Shown here: piece by piece, positions 40,836 to 51,584 of the stretch | Numbering within the stretch: the stretch's first letter is position 1 | How the letters are laid out: the number at the start of each line of letters is the position of its first letter | DNA from: Aulosira sp. ZfuVER01 | Lineage (GTDB): Bacteria > Cyanobacteriota > Cyanobacteriia > Cyanobacteriales > Nostocaceae | Length of the DNA stretch: 64,000 nucleotides | Direction of reading: 5' to 3' | Assembly: GCA_034530615.2 (NCBI GenBank) | Contig: JAVRCV020000052.1 | Location: 96,001-160,000 of the forward strand | Notes under the pieces: generated by a model | Told to the model about the DNA's origin: nothing | The model's input: the letters and a program-made list of their open reading frames with translations, nothing else | Databases searched by the model: none | Made by a program: the position numbers and the translations under genes

Positions 40836-41432
40836 CTATTTTGCGCTAACTTTTTTTATAGCAGTATCTACTTGCTTCAGTAATAATTCTAATGCTTGAG
40901 AATTATCTAATACAACATCGGCACGAGCCACTTTTTCTGTAATAGGCATTTGGCTATTGATTCTAGCTTCTGCTTGTTCTTGAGTTAAGTGATTTCGATG
41001 TATTAATCTTTGCAACTGTTGCGACTCAGAACAATGCACTACCCAAATTTCTGTTACTAAATTAGCCATCTGAGCTTCAAATAGCAGAGGTATGACTAAA
41101 ACTAATGTTGGTGCAGAGGTTTCAGCAATTGCTTTGAAAAAGCGATCGCCTACATAAGGATGAATTAAATTCTCTATCCAATTGCGTTCATCTGGACTAG
41201 CAAAAATAATTTCGCCCAGCTTTTGGCGGTTCAAGTTGCCATCTGGAAGTAAAATTTGTGCGCCGTAACGTTGTGCGATCGCGCCCAGAAGAGGCGAACC
41301 TACAGACACTGCATCTCTAGCATAAATATCTGCATCGAAAATCGGCAAATTATAAGCGCTAGCTAAATAGTTAGCGACAGTAGTTTTACCTGTAGCGATA
41401 CCTCCAGTTAAACCGATCAAGCGTTTGGTCAT
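40836..41432 (-). CDS. coaE: Dephospho-CoA kinase
   Basis: IGLTGGIATGKTT, IHPYV, IPLLFE, RINSQ. Confidence 0.95.
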   Translation of the reverse strand: MTKRLIGLTGGIATGKTTVANYLASAYNLPIFDADIYARDAVSVGSPLLGAIAQRYGAQILLPDGNLNRQKLGEIIFASPDERNWIENLIHPYVGDRFFKAIAETSAPTLVLVIPLLFEAQMANLVTEIWVVHCSESQQLQRLIHRNHLTQEQAEARINSQMPITEKVARADVVLDNSQALELLLKQVDTAIKKVSAK

Positions 41433-41462
41433 TTGTCGTTTTTATATGTCATTTTTTCTTTT

Positions 41463-43028
41463 TTAATTGTCATTTATTGCCCATGTAATTAATGCTTGGG
41501 TCAATCCATCTAAAGTATATTCTTCCGCTTCTACATCTACTCTTCGGAGTAAATCGTGACAAGTTTTGGAAGTTTGGGGGCCAATTGAGGCAATACAGAC
41601 TCCTGCTAAGACATCTGAATTGTTGCTGAATTTATTTTCAATCAGTTGACAGAAAAATTGCACAGTTTTAGAACTGGCAAAAGTAATTATATCGACCTCA
41701 TGATTTTGCAGCGCTAATTCTGCGGTTTGGGGGATACTGCTGGGACAACAAGATTGATATGCTGCAACTTCTATCACTTCTGCGCCCTTCGCAGTTAATT
41801 CTTTAACTAAAACTTCTCGTCCACCGCTTTCAACTCTCGGAAATAAAACTTTTTTCCCCGATAGTTCCTCTGGGAATTTTTCTACTAAAGAATCTGCGAC
41901 AAAATTAGGGGGAATAAAATCTGGTTGCAAACCGCGTTTTTTGAGGCTTTGGGCTGTTTTTTCGCCAACCACAGCAATTTTGACATTAGCTAAGGTACGC
42001 GCATCTTTACCTTGTGCAGTTAATCTGTCAAAAAAGTAGTCTACACCATTAGTAGAAGTGAGAATTAACCAGTCAAAGTTAGCTAAATTAGCGATCGCAT
42101 TATCCAACGCTTCCCAACTTGAAGGCGGGCCAATTTCTAAGGTAGGCATTTCAATGACAGTTGCGCCTGCGGCTGAGAGGCGATCGCAAAATTGGCTGGA
42201 CTGTCCAACGGCACGTGTGACTAAGATTGTTTTACCACTGAGAGCTGACATAGTTGAAGGGCTGGAATTTTTATCTGTAGTTAAGTTCGCTGAGGATATT
42301 TTCTCAGGTTGTAGGTAATTCCGTAGCCCGACAACCTCGCCAATGACAATTACAACTGGCGAAAGAGATAAGCCTGCTGTTGTTTCTAAAATATTGCCCA
42401 GTTGATCTATCCAAATTTGTTGATTGGGAGTTCCTGCCCAGCGGATGATGGCAATAGGTGTGAGATGCGATCGCCCTTGTCGCAGCAGCCGATGTACAAT
42501 CTCTGCTAGATGTTGCCCACCCATCAAAATTACTAAAGTTTCTAGCCTTGACAACGCTTCCCAATCTAAAGCATCTGGTTCATGTGCTGTCAACACTGCA
42601 AAACAGCGACTCAAAACCGGATCTGTCAGGGGAATTCCGGCTAATAACGGTGCTGCTAAAGCCGAAGAAATTCCTGGTACAACTTCAAATGCACAGCCAG
42701 ATGACTTCAATGCCTCAATTTCGGCAGTACAGCGCCCAAAGATAAACGGATCGCCTGATTTTAGCCGCACAACTTGTTTGCCCTGCTGGCAATACTTGAC
42801 TAATAACTTATTAATTTCAGCTTGCGGTGTGCTGGGTTTACCACCACGTTTGCCTACATCTAACTTCAAACAATCAAGTGGTACACACTCCAACAATTGC
42901 TCATCTACTAGGGCATCGTATACCAATACCTGAGCTTGCTTTAAGAGATTGTTAGCTTTTACCGTTAGATATGCCACATCTCCTGGCCCAGCACCTACCA
43001 GGTAAACTTTGCCCATTTCTTCAATCAT
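41463..43028 (-). CDS. cobA: Uroporphyrinogen-III C-methyltransferase / synthase fusion (CobA-HemD)
   Basis: VYLVGAGPGD, RLKSGDPFIFGR; HemD motifs ILVTR, LTSTNGV, FASSKTV, SIGPQT. Confidence 0.93.
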   Translation of the reverse strand: MIEEMGKVYLVGAGPGDVAYLTVKANNLLKQAQVLVYDALVDEQLLECVPLDCLKLDVGKRGGKPSTPQAEINKLLVKYCQQGKQVVRLKSGDPFIFGRCTAEIEALKSSGCAFEVVPGISSALAAPLLAGIPLTDPVLSRCFAVLTAHEPDALDWEALSRLETLVILMGGQHLAEIVHRLLRQGRSHLTPIAIIRWAGTPNQQIWIDQLGNILETTAGLSLSPVVIVIGEVVGLRNYLQPEKISSANLTTDKNSSPSTMSALSGKTILVTRAVGQSSQFCDRLSAAGATVIEMPTLEIGPPSSWEALDNAIANLANFDWLILTSTNGVDYFFDRLTAQGKDARTLANVKIAVVGEKTAQSLKKRGLQPDFIPPNFVADSLVEKFPEELSGKKVLFPRVESGGREVLVKELTAKGAEVIEVAAYQSCCPSSIPQTAELALQNHEVDIITFASSKTVQFFCQLIENKFSNNSDVLAGVCIASIGPQTSKTCHDLLRRVDVEAEEYTLDGLTQALITWAINDN

Positions 43029-43181
43029 TTACTTAAATTTATTTGTGATTTTTCTAAAATATGAAACTGAGATACTTGCATTTATTTAAATATTAAATTT
43101 TGATTTCGTAGTCAGCATTTTAGTGCTGTCAAATCTAGGACTAAAGTCCTGACTACGAACTTAATTTACCCCTGAATATTG

Positions 43182-43649
43182 TTAATTTGATTTAGCATTC
43201 ATTTTATCGAGAATACTGGTAATTTTCTCAGCCTTTTCCGGTTGACGTTGTTTCTGCAATAAATCTCTAGCTATTTGCAGGTTAGTTTTAACTGCTTCTT
43301 TCTGTTCTTGCTGCATCATTAAATTGGCTAAACGCAAGTAAGCTTGAGGGTTTTTAGGACTGCGCTGAATTACGTCTTCAAACCATTCTTGTCCCTCCTC
43401 AACTTTGCCTTGCTCCTTTAACACATCTCCTAACAGCAACCGAACCATATCATTGGTCGAGTTAAGAGAAATCACTTTCCGAAAAGCCGCTTCTGCACCT
43501 TCATAATCTTGCTGTTGGTAAAGATTAACACCTTTTTGGAAAAAGTTTGAGGTAATCAAAGTTTTCCCAGCAAAATAAATGAGTAAAACAATACTGGAAA
43601 CTACGACAACAATGGCAACAATATCATTAGTGTGAAAGGTTTCTAGCAT
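43182..43649 (-). CDS. Membrane-anchored TPR protein
   Basis: N-terminal TM helix followed by TPR-like helices. Confidence 0.75.
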   Translation of the reverse strand: MLETFHTNDIVAIVVVVSSIVLLIYFAGKTLITSNFFQKGVNLYQQQDYEGAEAAFRKVISLNSTNDMVRLLLGDVLKEQGKVEEGQEWFEDVIQRSPKNPQAYLRLANLMMQQEQKEAVKTNLQIARDLLQKQRQPEKAEKITSILDKMNAKSN

Positions 43650-43653
43650 TTTT

Positions 43654-44586
43654 TTAAGCCAAAAGACAGGCGATGGGAAAAATCAGATATTCAATGAAAA
43701 ACAGTTTCCAGATAAATTGGTAAAACTGAGCGATCGCACGTTTTTCTTGTAAGTCTACTGCCAAACTGCGCACCCACATCAAACACAGCAATACTAGATG
43801 AGTAATTACTAAGAATAGAGCGTTAACAGCGGCTATGTGTAACACACCCACTAAAATCATCCCCAAATAGCAAACAGTTAACACCCAAAGTGCCAGATTA
43901 AAGACTGTTCGCGGCCCGAGTTGGATAGTCAAAGTATTGATATTGTACAAGCGATCGCCTTCCATATCGGGGACATCTTTAAAGATAGCGATCGCAAATG
44001 TAAACACCAAAATAAACACCGTCAGCACCCAAACCGACGGTGGAATTGACGTGTTTTGTTGTAATAGCCAACTAAAGTGCAAAAATAACCCTAAATTAAC
44101 AATCGTTCCCCTTACTGAAAAAATGCAGAAAGCTGCCCAAAAAGGAAAACGCTTCAAACGAATTGGTGGTAAAGAATAAGCAGTCCCAAGTGCTAGACTA
44201 ATAGCCACCATCCCCAATAAAAAAGGGCCATTCAGCCAAGCTACAACTAGTGCCAAAACACCAGTAATTGCAACAATTAATTGCCCTTGGATTTTAGAAA
44301 ATGCCCCTGATGCCAGTGGGAGATGAGGCTTATTAATCTTGTCAATCTCAATATCTTCGAGTTGATTCAGTCCCACAATATAAACATTGCCACACAAACA
44401 GGCAATCCAAGCTCCCAAGACAGGTATCAGGGAAAAATGACGATTGCCTACAGCAATAGCAATCAAATACAAAGCCAAGACACTTAAACTCGTGCCAATA
44501 ATTGTATGTGGACGAGAAAATTGCCAAAAAGCATAAAACCAGCGACCCCACACACTCAAAGACTTTTGTCTAGAAAACTGATTCAT
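43654..44586 (-). CDS. hpt: Homogentisate phytyltransferase (UbiA family, tocopherol synthesis)
   Basis: FSRPHTIIGT, NQLEDIEIDKINKP, KDVPDMEGD, YQFIWKLF. Confidence 0.93.
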   Translation of the reverse strand: MNQFSRQKSLSVWGRWFYAFWQFSRPHTIIGTSLSVLALYLIAIAVGNRHFSLIPVLGAWIACLCGNVYIVGLNQLEDIEIDKINKPHLPLASGAFSKIQGQLIVAITGVLALVVAWLNGPFLLGMVAISLALGTAYSLPPIRLKRFPFWAAFCIFSVRGTIVNLGLFLHFSWLLQQNTSIPPSVWVLTVFILVFTFAIAIFKDVPDMEGDRLYNINTLTIQLGPRTVFNLALWVLTVCYLGMILVGVLHIAAVNALFLVITHLVLLCLMWVRSLAVDLQEKRAIAQFYQFIWKLFFIEYLIFPIACLLA

Positions 44587-44589
44587 GCT

Positions 44590-45432
44590 CTACTTATTCC
44601 CGCACAACAACCCAAACCGAATCAAGCCACGCTGATAACCTCGACGCATCAAACCTAGTGATAGCGCCCCAACAATCGTCGTCCAGCCGGAAGTTAGTAA
44701 CCCCCAAATCGCTTTGGGAGTAAATGCCGAATCAATCACAAAATCCCAAAATGGCGCAACAGCAGTTGACCAATCGGCAGTACGAATATTTTGTAAGGGA
44801 AGTTGAGATGCGATCGCGGTATACTCTGGCAACGAAATCACATAAGGTAAACAATACACTTGATAAATTTCTTGCAAGTGTTTTTGTTCATCCTCTGTCA
44901 ATGGAGAGTTGTCAATCGGGCGATGACACCAAGTCACCATAATCAACTTGCCACCAGGTTTCAGCACTCGGTAGCACTCCTGCATAAACTTGGTTTTATC
45001 TGGCATATGTTCGCCACTTTCCAAAGACCAAACCAAGTCAAAAGTATTGTCATCAAAAGGCATTGCTTGCGCATCTACGACCAAGAATTGACTTCTATGG
45101 CTTAAATTAAGCTCTTGGGCACGTTCTGTGGCTCTAGTCGCTTGTACTGGACTCAGAGTAATCCCCGTTGCCCTAGCATGAAACTTTTCTGCTAGGTACA
45201 GAGAACTACCGCCAATACCACAGCCTACATCCAAGATATTTTCCGCTGTTGTTACCCCTGCCCAATTAAGCAGTTCTTCGATTAAATCAATTTGAGCTTG
45301 TCGGCGGTCTTTTTTTTGCGTCCCATCTGGCCCGTAGTAGCCATGATGCATGTGTTCGCCCCAAATGTCTTCCCAAAGACCAGAGGAGGCATCGTAAAAC
45401 TGCTGGATTTTTTGGTAAAGTATTGCACTCAT
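44590..45432 (-). CDS. Gamma-tocopherol methyltransferase (VTE4-like)
   Basis: FYDASSGLWEDIWGEHMHHGYY, LDVGCGIGGS, SLESGEHMPDK; next to hpt. Confidence 0.9.
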   Translation of the reverse strand: MSAILYQKIQQFYDASSGLWEDIWGEHMHHGYYGPDGTQKKDRRQAQIDLIEELLNWAGVTTAENILDVGCGIGGSSLYLAEKFHARATGITLSPVQATRATERAQELNLSHRSQFLVVDAQAMPFDDNTFDLVWSLESGEHMPDKTKFMQECYRVLKPGGKLIMVTWCHRPIDNSPLTEDEQKHLQEIYQVYCLPYVISLPEYTAIASQLPLQNIRTADWSTAVAPFWDFVIDSAFTPKAIWGLLTSGWTTIVGALSLGLMRRGYQRGLIRFGLLCGNK

Positions 45433-45583
45433 GAAGAAAGCAGTGTTAAGACAAAGCAGAATTTAAATAAACATATTCGTAGGCTACCATGTGTGTTTTT
45501 AATTAAATAAGGGTGTTTTGGATTTTAGAGAAGGTAAACCCCATGCATACCCCCTTCGCAAAATTTATGAATCTTACCTTGGT

Positions 45584-46918
45584 ATGACTGTTTCTCGCAC
45601 AATTTGTTTAGGGTTTTTAGCTGTCATCACTGTAGGAACTATCCTACTGATGTTGCCTTTTTCTACTACTAGTGGTAATTGGAACGACCCAATTGTGGCG
45701 TTATTCACTTCAACATCCGCAGTTTGTGTTACTGGGTTATCGGTAGTCGATCCTGGCACTTATTTTTCCTTTTGGGGTCAGTTTTTTATTGCGCTATTGG
45801 TTCAAATAGGTGGTTTGGGCTACATGACAACTACCACTTTTTTGATTTTGCTCATTGGGCGCAAGTTTGACTTGCGAGACAAAATTGCAATTCAACAAGC
45901 TTTAGATCGACCAGGGATGAGTGGTAGTGCCCAAGTGATTCGCTCGATTATTGCCACTACCCTAATTTTTGAAATCACTGGAGTGTTTTTACTCCTACCA
46001 GCATTTGTGCCAGATCATGGTTGGAACAAAGGACTCTGGTTGGCGATTTTCCATAGTGTTAATTCTTGGAATAATGCAGGTTTTAGCCTTTTCAAGGATA
46101 ATTTAATTGGCTATCAGTCATCATTACTCGTAGTATTCACAGTTACAACATTAATTATTTTTGGGGGCATTGGTTATCAGGTAATTTTAGAAATGTACCT
46201 CTGGTTACGCGATCGCATCTTCAAAAAAATAGCCTGCCAAGTATTTTCACTAGATTTTAAAGTTGCTACTAGCACAACATTATTACTTTTATTTGTTGGA
46301 ACTCTTGCCTTTTTATCAATCGAGTTTAGAAACCCTGAAACTTTTGGAGGAATGAATTTACGCGACCAATTATTATTAGCTTGGTTTCAATCTGTTACTC
46401 CTAGAACTGCTGGTTTTAACACCATTGATATTGGTAAAATGACAACTGCTGGTTTATTTATCACTATTGCACTGATGTTTATTGGTGCAAGTCCAGGCGG
46501 GACAGGCGGTGGTATGAAAACCACAACATTGAGAATTCTCACCAGTTGTACCCAATCAATTCTCCAAGGGAAAGAAGAAGTTTTATTATATGAGCGTAAA
46601 ATCGCAATCAATCTAATTTTGAAAGCTGTGGGTGTGTTAGTTGGTTCTGTAGCGCTCGTGATTTTGTCTACAATTTTAATTGCCCTGACAGATCCAAATT
46701 TAGATTTTATTCAAATTTTGTTTGAAGTAGTATCAGCCTTTGCTACAGTTGGTCTTTCAACTGGTATTACAGGAAGTGTCTCCACTGCTGCCAAGCTAAT
46801 ATTAATTCTCACAATGTATATTGGACGGGTTGGTGTTTTACTCCTCATGTCTGCTATATTAGGCGACCCACGCCCAACCCGAATTCACTACCCCGAAGAA
46901 AACTTGTTAGTGGGATAA
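45584..46918 (+). CDS. ktrB: Ktr/Trk potassium uptake membrane subunit
   Basis: SAVCVTGL, NNAGF, RTAGF, SAFATVGLS selectivity motifs. Confidence 0.9.
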   Translation: MTVSRTICLGFLAVITVGTILLMLPFSTTSGNWNDPIVALFTSTSAVCVTGLSVVDPGTYFSFWGQFFIALLVQIGGLGYMTTTTFLILLIGRKFDLRDKIAIQQALDRPGMSGSAQVIRSIIATTLIFEITGVFLLLPAFVPDHGWNKGLWLAIFHSVNSWNNAGFSLFKDNLIGYQSSLLVVFTVTTLIIFGGIGYQVILEMYLWLRDRIFKKIACQVFSLDFKVATSTTLLLLFVGTLAFLSIEFRNPETFGGMNLRDQLLLAWFQSVTPRTAGFNTIDIGKMTTAGLFITIALMFIGASPGGTGGGMKTTTLRILTSCTQSILQGKEEVLLYERKIAINLILKAVGVLVGSVALVILSTILIALTDPNLDFIQILFEVVSAFATVGLSTGITGSVSTAAKLILILTMYIGRVGVLLLMSAILGDPRPTRIHYPEENLLVG

Positions 46919-47065
46919 ACATAGTCAATATATTAATACCGAGATGATAATAACATTCAATAAATAACCTGATAAAATTTACACTGATAGGCAAAACTAG
47001 ATTTTTGTTTATCAGTGTATTTTTTATGCCCTAAATCCAGGGAGCGCTATTTAAGGATAAAACTT

Positions 47066-47761
47066 GTGAATCTTTCAGCATTAAGCTTTTTTCGCAGTTT
47101 ACGTAAAGATAACCATCAATTTGCAGTAGTTGGTTTAGGTCGTTTTGGTCGCTCTGTATCTTCTACACTGCATAGATTAGGTTATGAAGTATTAGCAACA
47201 GATATTGATGAAAAGCGAGTATCTGAAGCATTGACGGATCAGATAGTTGGTCATGCTTTGCAGTTAGACTCTACAGAACCTGCTGCACTGAAAGAAGCAG
47301 GAATTTTTGAATTTGATACAGTTATCGTGGCAATTGGTAACTATGTTCAAGAAAGTATTATCACTACTTTAAATGTCAAAGAGGGGGGTGTACCCCATGT
47401 AGTGGCTAAAGCTTCTAGCGAAGTTCACCAAAAGCTGTTGAAACGAGTGGGTGCAGATCATGTTGTTTTCCCAGAATACGAAGCAGGTTGTGCCCTTGCA
47501 CGCACACTCACCAAACCATCAATCATAGAGCGATTTGACCTCGATCCAGACAACAGTATTGTAGAGTTGATTGTCCCTGATGAATTTCACGGTAGAACTA
47601 TTACTGAACTCCAACTGCGTAACCGCTATGGGGTGAATTTGGTGGCAATGAGTCAGGATGGTAAATTTGTCATTAATCCTGACCCAACTAAACGTCTACA
47701 GCGTGGTTCAGCGATGGTAGTTATTGGCCACAACAAAGATATTAATCGCTTGCCAATTTGA
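47066..47761 (+). CDS. ktrA: Ktr/Trk NAD-binding RCK subunit
   Basis: VVGLGRFG, GADHVVFPE; start uncertain (47015-47066). Confidence 0.9.
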   Translation: MNLSALSFFRSLRKDNHQFAVVGLGRFGRSVSSTLHRLGYEVLATDIDEKRVSEALTDQIVGHALQLDSTEPAALKEAGIFEFDTVIVAIGNYVQESIITTLNVKEGGVPHVVAKASSEVHQKLLKRVGADHVVFPEYEAGCALARTLTKPSIIERFDLDPDNSIVELIVPDEFHGRTITELQLRNRYGVNLVAMSQDGKFVINPDPTKRLQRGSAMVVIGHNKDINRLPI

Positions 47762-47903
47762 TCTCTAACCTAGCTCTTGATGAGCGATCGCGTCTGGAAT
47801 TTCTTCAACAGAAATCACATATTTGAATCTTCCACCCACAAAAACGAAAAAATACGTCCAAGCTAATCTTGAACGTATTTTAATTGGCAGCTAAAGCTAA
47901 ATC

Positions 47904-49100
47904 TTAAAGGGGATTCATGGAAGTAGGTTGTGGTTCCAAAACTGGAACATAGCCAGGATCTTCTTGCGCGGCTTGCGGAACTTCTACTTGATTTGGCTGT
48001 TGTGCCTCAGTTGGTTTGAATATGATAGTTCTAGTGCTTGCAGCCGCAGCAGGAGTCGCTCGTTCCCTAGCTTGAGCTTGCCGCGCTGCTTCTTTTTGGG
48101 CAATTTGCAGCATTAAAGAATCAATTTTATCGGTTTGTGCGATGTTGCTTTGTCCTTGATACTCTTGACGGGCACGTTTCAAGGCGCTGTTAGCTTCTTT
48201 GATATGGCCTTGATTGTATAAAGTCACTCCCAAATTGTAGAAAGCCAAAGCATTTTTAGGATTCTGACGCACAGCTTGCTGGTAAACAGCAATCGCCTCA
48301 GATGTTTGACCTTGCATTACCATCAAACTGCCCAAGTTGTTGTAAGCTGTGGCATTTTCAGGATCTCGTTGTAAGGCTTGTTGATAAGCAGCGATCGCTT
48401 CTGGAAGTTGACCTTGCTGTTGTAGGGCGATCGCTAAATTAAAATAAGCATTGGCATTACTGCCATTAAGATTAAGTGCCTGCTGATAAGCAGCGATCGC
48501 TTCTTGGATTTGTCCTTGTTCGTAAAGTGCCAATCCTAGGTTATATTGGGCTGCTGCCATTGTTGGATCTATCACCAGGCTTTGGCGATAAGCGGTAATC
48601 GCTGCTTCTCTTTGACCTTGTTGGTGCAACGCTAACCCTAAGTTGTAATAAGCCTCGCCGTAATTAGGATTTATCCTAATTGCCTCTGCATACTCTTGTG
48701 CTGCAACATCCAAGCGGTTTTGTTGTAAAAGAATATTGCCCAAGTAATTCCGTGCTATTGCCAGATTAGAGTCTCGTCGCAAGGCTTCGCGGAAGGCATA
48801 TTCTGCGCCTTGTAAGTCTTGGCGGTTATAGCGCATAAATCCCTGCTGGAAAAAGCTAGCTGCATCCAGATCCTTACTGACAACGTTCTGGGCTAAGAGC
48901 TTGCTTCCTGGTAAATTAATTATTGTGGGTGCAGCTAATACCAAAAATGCAACGGAAGTGGAAAGCAACTGCCGATGAGCACTCCGATGCTGCGCTACTT
49001 GAGAAAAACTGCGAAACCACTGGCGAAGTTGATGTTGGTTAAACATGAGTGGCAGGCCTGTACTTATTGTTAGATCCTTATAAGTCAGAGTACCCACCAC
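47904..49100 (-). CDS. Secreted TPR repeat protein
   Basis: Signal-like hydrophobic segment followed by multiple 34-aa YNLG.AL TPR units. Confidence 0.85.
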   Translation of the reverse strand: MVGTLTYKDLTISTGLPLMFNQHQLRQWFRSFSQVAQHRSAHRQLLSTSVAFLVLAAPTIINLPGSKLLAQNVVSKDLDAASFFQQGFMRYNRQDLQGAEYAFREALRRDSNLAIARNYLGNILLQQNRLDVAAQEYAEAIRINPNYGEAYYNLGLALHQQGQREAAITAYRQSLVIDPTMAAAQYNLGLALYEQGQIQEAIAAYQQALNLNGSNANAYFNLAIALQQQGQLPEAIAAYQQALQRDPENATAYNNLGSLMVMQGQTSEAIAVYQQAVRQNPKNALAFYNLGVTLYNQGHIKEANSALKRARQEYQGQSNIAQTDKIDSLMLQIAQKEAARQAQARERATPAAAASTRTIIFKPTEAQQPNQVEVPQAAQEDPGYVPVLEPQPTSMNPL

Positions 49101-49133
49101 AACATGAAAAATTAAAAGTCAAATTTAAAGATT

Positions 49134-50390
49134 TTAAATACTTGACTCAGAACTTGAACCTGTTACCGCTTCTGGCAAAATTAACATCGCATCCCCGAAA
49201 GAATAGAAACGATATCGAGCAGCGATCGCTTCTTGGTATATCTTTAACAATCTTTCCCTACCAATCAAAGCACTTACCAGCATTAATAAACTAGAGCGTG
49301 GCAAGTGAAAATTAGTAATTAGACCATCCACTACCCGCCATTGGTAGCCAGGGTAGATGAATAAGTCTGTCTTACCACAAAATGGTTGTAAATTCCCAGA
49401 TTGCGCCGCCCCTTCTAAAGCTCTGACTGCTGTTGTACCCACAGCAATAATCCGACCACCTGCTGCTTTAGTAGCCTCGATCTGCTCTACTGTGGAGGCG
49501 GGAACTTCAATCCATTCTTCATGCATTTGGTGGCTAGTGACATCTTCCACTTCCACAGGGCGAAATGTTCCTACACCAACGTGCAGTGTAATAAAAGCTT
49601 GATTAATGCCGCGATCGCGCAACTTTTCGAGTAATTCTGGAGTAAAGTGTAACCCCGCCGTTGGTGCTGCGATCGCTCCGGGATATTTAGCATAAACAGT
49701 CTGATACTGTTCGTCATCAGCTTCCGATGCAGTGATATAGGGCGGTAAAGGTACTTCACCAAATACATCCAACAATTGCACCAAAGAAACTCCCTCTGGC
49801 AGTTCAAATTGTAATAGCCGCCCCCCAGTCGCCTTATCCGTTGCGAGTACAGTAGCTGTGAGAGATGAGGGAGACTCGGAGAGGGGGAGACGCGGAGACG
49901 AGGTGAAAGAATTCCCCGCGTCCCCGCGTCTCCATGTCCCCGCGTCCTCTGCTCCCCCTACTCCCCTTCCCCTTGGCTCAAAAATAATTTTCGCTCCCCG
50001 TTTGAAGCGTTTTCCTGGCTTGACTAAAGCCAACCAACAGTTATACTGTTGTTCCTCTAGCAATAACACCTCAATTTCCGCACCAGTAGATTTACGGCCA
50101 TAAAGTCGAGCCGGAATAACTTTTGTGTTATTCATTATCAGTAAATCTCCGGATCGTAAAATTTCTGGCAGATCGCGGAAAATATGGTGTATACTTCGGG
50201 GATTTACTACTAGTAACCGAGAGCTATCTCTAGGTAATACTGGATTTTGGGCTATGAGTTCGGGCGGAAGTTCGTAGTCATAACCAGCTAATGAACAGTC
50301 TAAGTTCACATTTTCTACCCCTAGGTTCGAGGTATGGTTTAAATTGGCTTGTGTTAGTTGTTGCTTCATTGAGATTGAGTCTGCCTTCAA
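49134..50390 (-). CDS. queA: S-adenosylmethionine:tRNA ribosyltransferase-isomerase
   Basis: [47 protein letters not shown]. Confidence 0.95.
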   Translation of the reverse strand: MKADSISMKQQLTQANLNHTSNLGVENVNLDCSLAGYDYELPPELIAQNPVLPRDSSRLLVVNPRSIHHIFRDLPEILRSGDLLIMNNTKVIPARLYGRKSTGAEIEVLLLEEQQYNCWLALVKPGKRFKRGAKIIFEPRGRGVGGAEDAGTWRRGDAGNSFTSSPRLPLSESPSSLTATVLATDKATGGRLLQFELPEGVSLVQLLDVFGEVPLPPYITASEADDEQYQTVYAKYPGAIAAPTAGLHFTPELLEKLRDRGINQAFITLHVGVGTFRPVEVEDVTSHQMHEEWIEVPASTVEQIEATKAAGGRIIAVGTTAVRALEGAAQSGNLQPFCGKTDLFIYPGYQWRVVDGLITNFHLPRSSLLMLVSALIGRERLLKIYQEAIAARYRFYSFGDAMLILPEAVTGSSSESSI

Positions 50391-50609
50391 TCAACCTGTT
50401 TGAGCTTTTCTGATTTATCAAGCTCAAGGGGATCGCTGCTCGATTTAATTCCTTGATTTTAAGATTGATAGTATTACGTAACACGGAACCCCCAACATAA
50501 AAATTGGGTAAACCTCCCTATCTAAAAACGGGGGCTTTTACCCTACCGGGATCTGGCATTTATTGACGAATATATAAATGTAGGATTGGCTTTGATCCCA
50601 AGCACCAAC

Positions 50610-50999
50610 ATGGAATACTTGTATTACCTGGCAAATGCCAGTCTAACACTGAGGGTCGTTCAATACCTGCATGGCAGACCCCAGATGCCCGTTTCCTTCG
50701 TCACCGTAATTCATCAAATAGATGGCTGGGTGGTGAGGATCAAACTCAAAGGTCAAGTCTCGCCTCAGGTTGACGGTGACTTTCGAGCTTTTCTTAATGA
50801 ATTAGGAATCAGCTACGAACCACCCATGCGGGTACAAATGGCACTTTGGAGTTTGGAAGCTGGACAGTGTCCTGTAGACGTAATGCGTCGCTACCAAGTA
50901 GCTATCGTTTCTCATGGTAGCCCCGAAAGAGAAGAAATTGAGGCATTCCGACAACAGTTTGTTCGCGGATTAGGTTACTGTCCCGAAACATTGGCGTAA
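50610..50999 (+). CDS. Conserved cyanobacterial hypothetical protein
   Basis: MEYLYYLANASLTLRVV...GLGYCPETLA; clean ORF. Confidence 0.7.
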   Translation: MEYLYYLANASLTLRVVQYLHGRPQMPVSFVTVIHQIDGWVVRIKLKGQVSPQVDGDFRAFLNELGISYEPPMRVQMALWSLEAGQCPVDVMRRYQVAIVSHGSPEREEIEAFRQQFVRGLGYCPETLA

Positions 51000-51086
51000 T
51001 GACCTTTGGCTTTAAGACTGTGGCAAAATAATTTGGTAATTGGTTGTTAGTAACTAGAGATTGTATCTATAAATACTAGTGACCAA

Positions 51087-51569
51087 TTACGTGTTATCAA
51101 CTACAGAGTCAAAAGCGGCAGGAATGTATTCTTGTAGTTGTAACTCGTAACCATCTACTAATGAACTGGCTAGGGCTTTCTGTGTAAATTTTCTTTCAGA
51201 GAAATTTTTTGCTACCCTCTGACAGGAAACAATAGCAACATCAAATCGGCATGGGTAATCTGCCTTTTCGGGGTAATTAGCTAAAAACATCTCAGCAGTA
51301 CGCCAAAGCTTTGCTTGTTTTTTGGCAGTGATAGCACTTCTTCCCCCGGAATCCCAATTACCTGGACTGCGAGTTTTGACTTCCACAAATGCCAAGGTTG
51401 AGTCTTGAGTGACTCGGCCATCATATTGGGCAATAATATCGATTTCTCCCCAACGAGAATAAAAGCGCTGATGGAGTATTAACCAACCTGTAGATTGCAG
51501 CCATTGTGCTACTAGGTCTTCACCTAAGTCACCAATGTCGGGATAATGAGATGCAGGAGGGTTCGCCAT
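51087..51569 (-). CDS. YraN family (UPF0102) putative nuclease
   Basis: GDLGEDL, GEIDIIA, FVEVKTR, CRFDVA. Confidence 0.88.
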   Translation of the reverse strand: MANPPASHYPDIGDLGEDLVAQWLQSTGWLILHQRFYSRWGEIDIIAQYDGRVTQDSTLAFVEVKTRSPGNWDSGGRSAITAKKQAKLWRTAEMFLANYPEKADYPCRFDVAIVSCQRVAKNFSERKFTQKALASSLVDGYELQLQEYIPAAFDSVVDNT

Positions 51570-51584
51570 TGGCTAAAAATTTTT

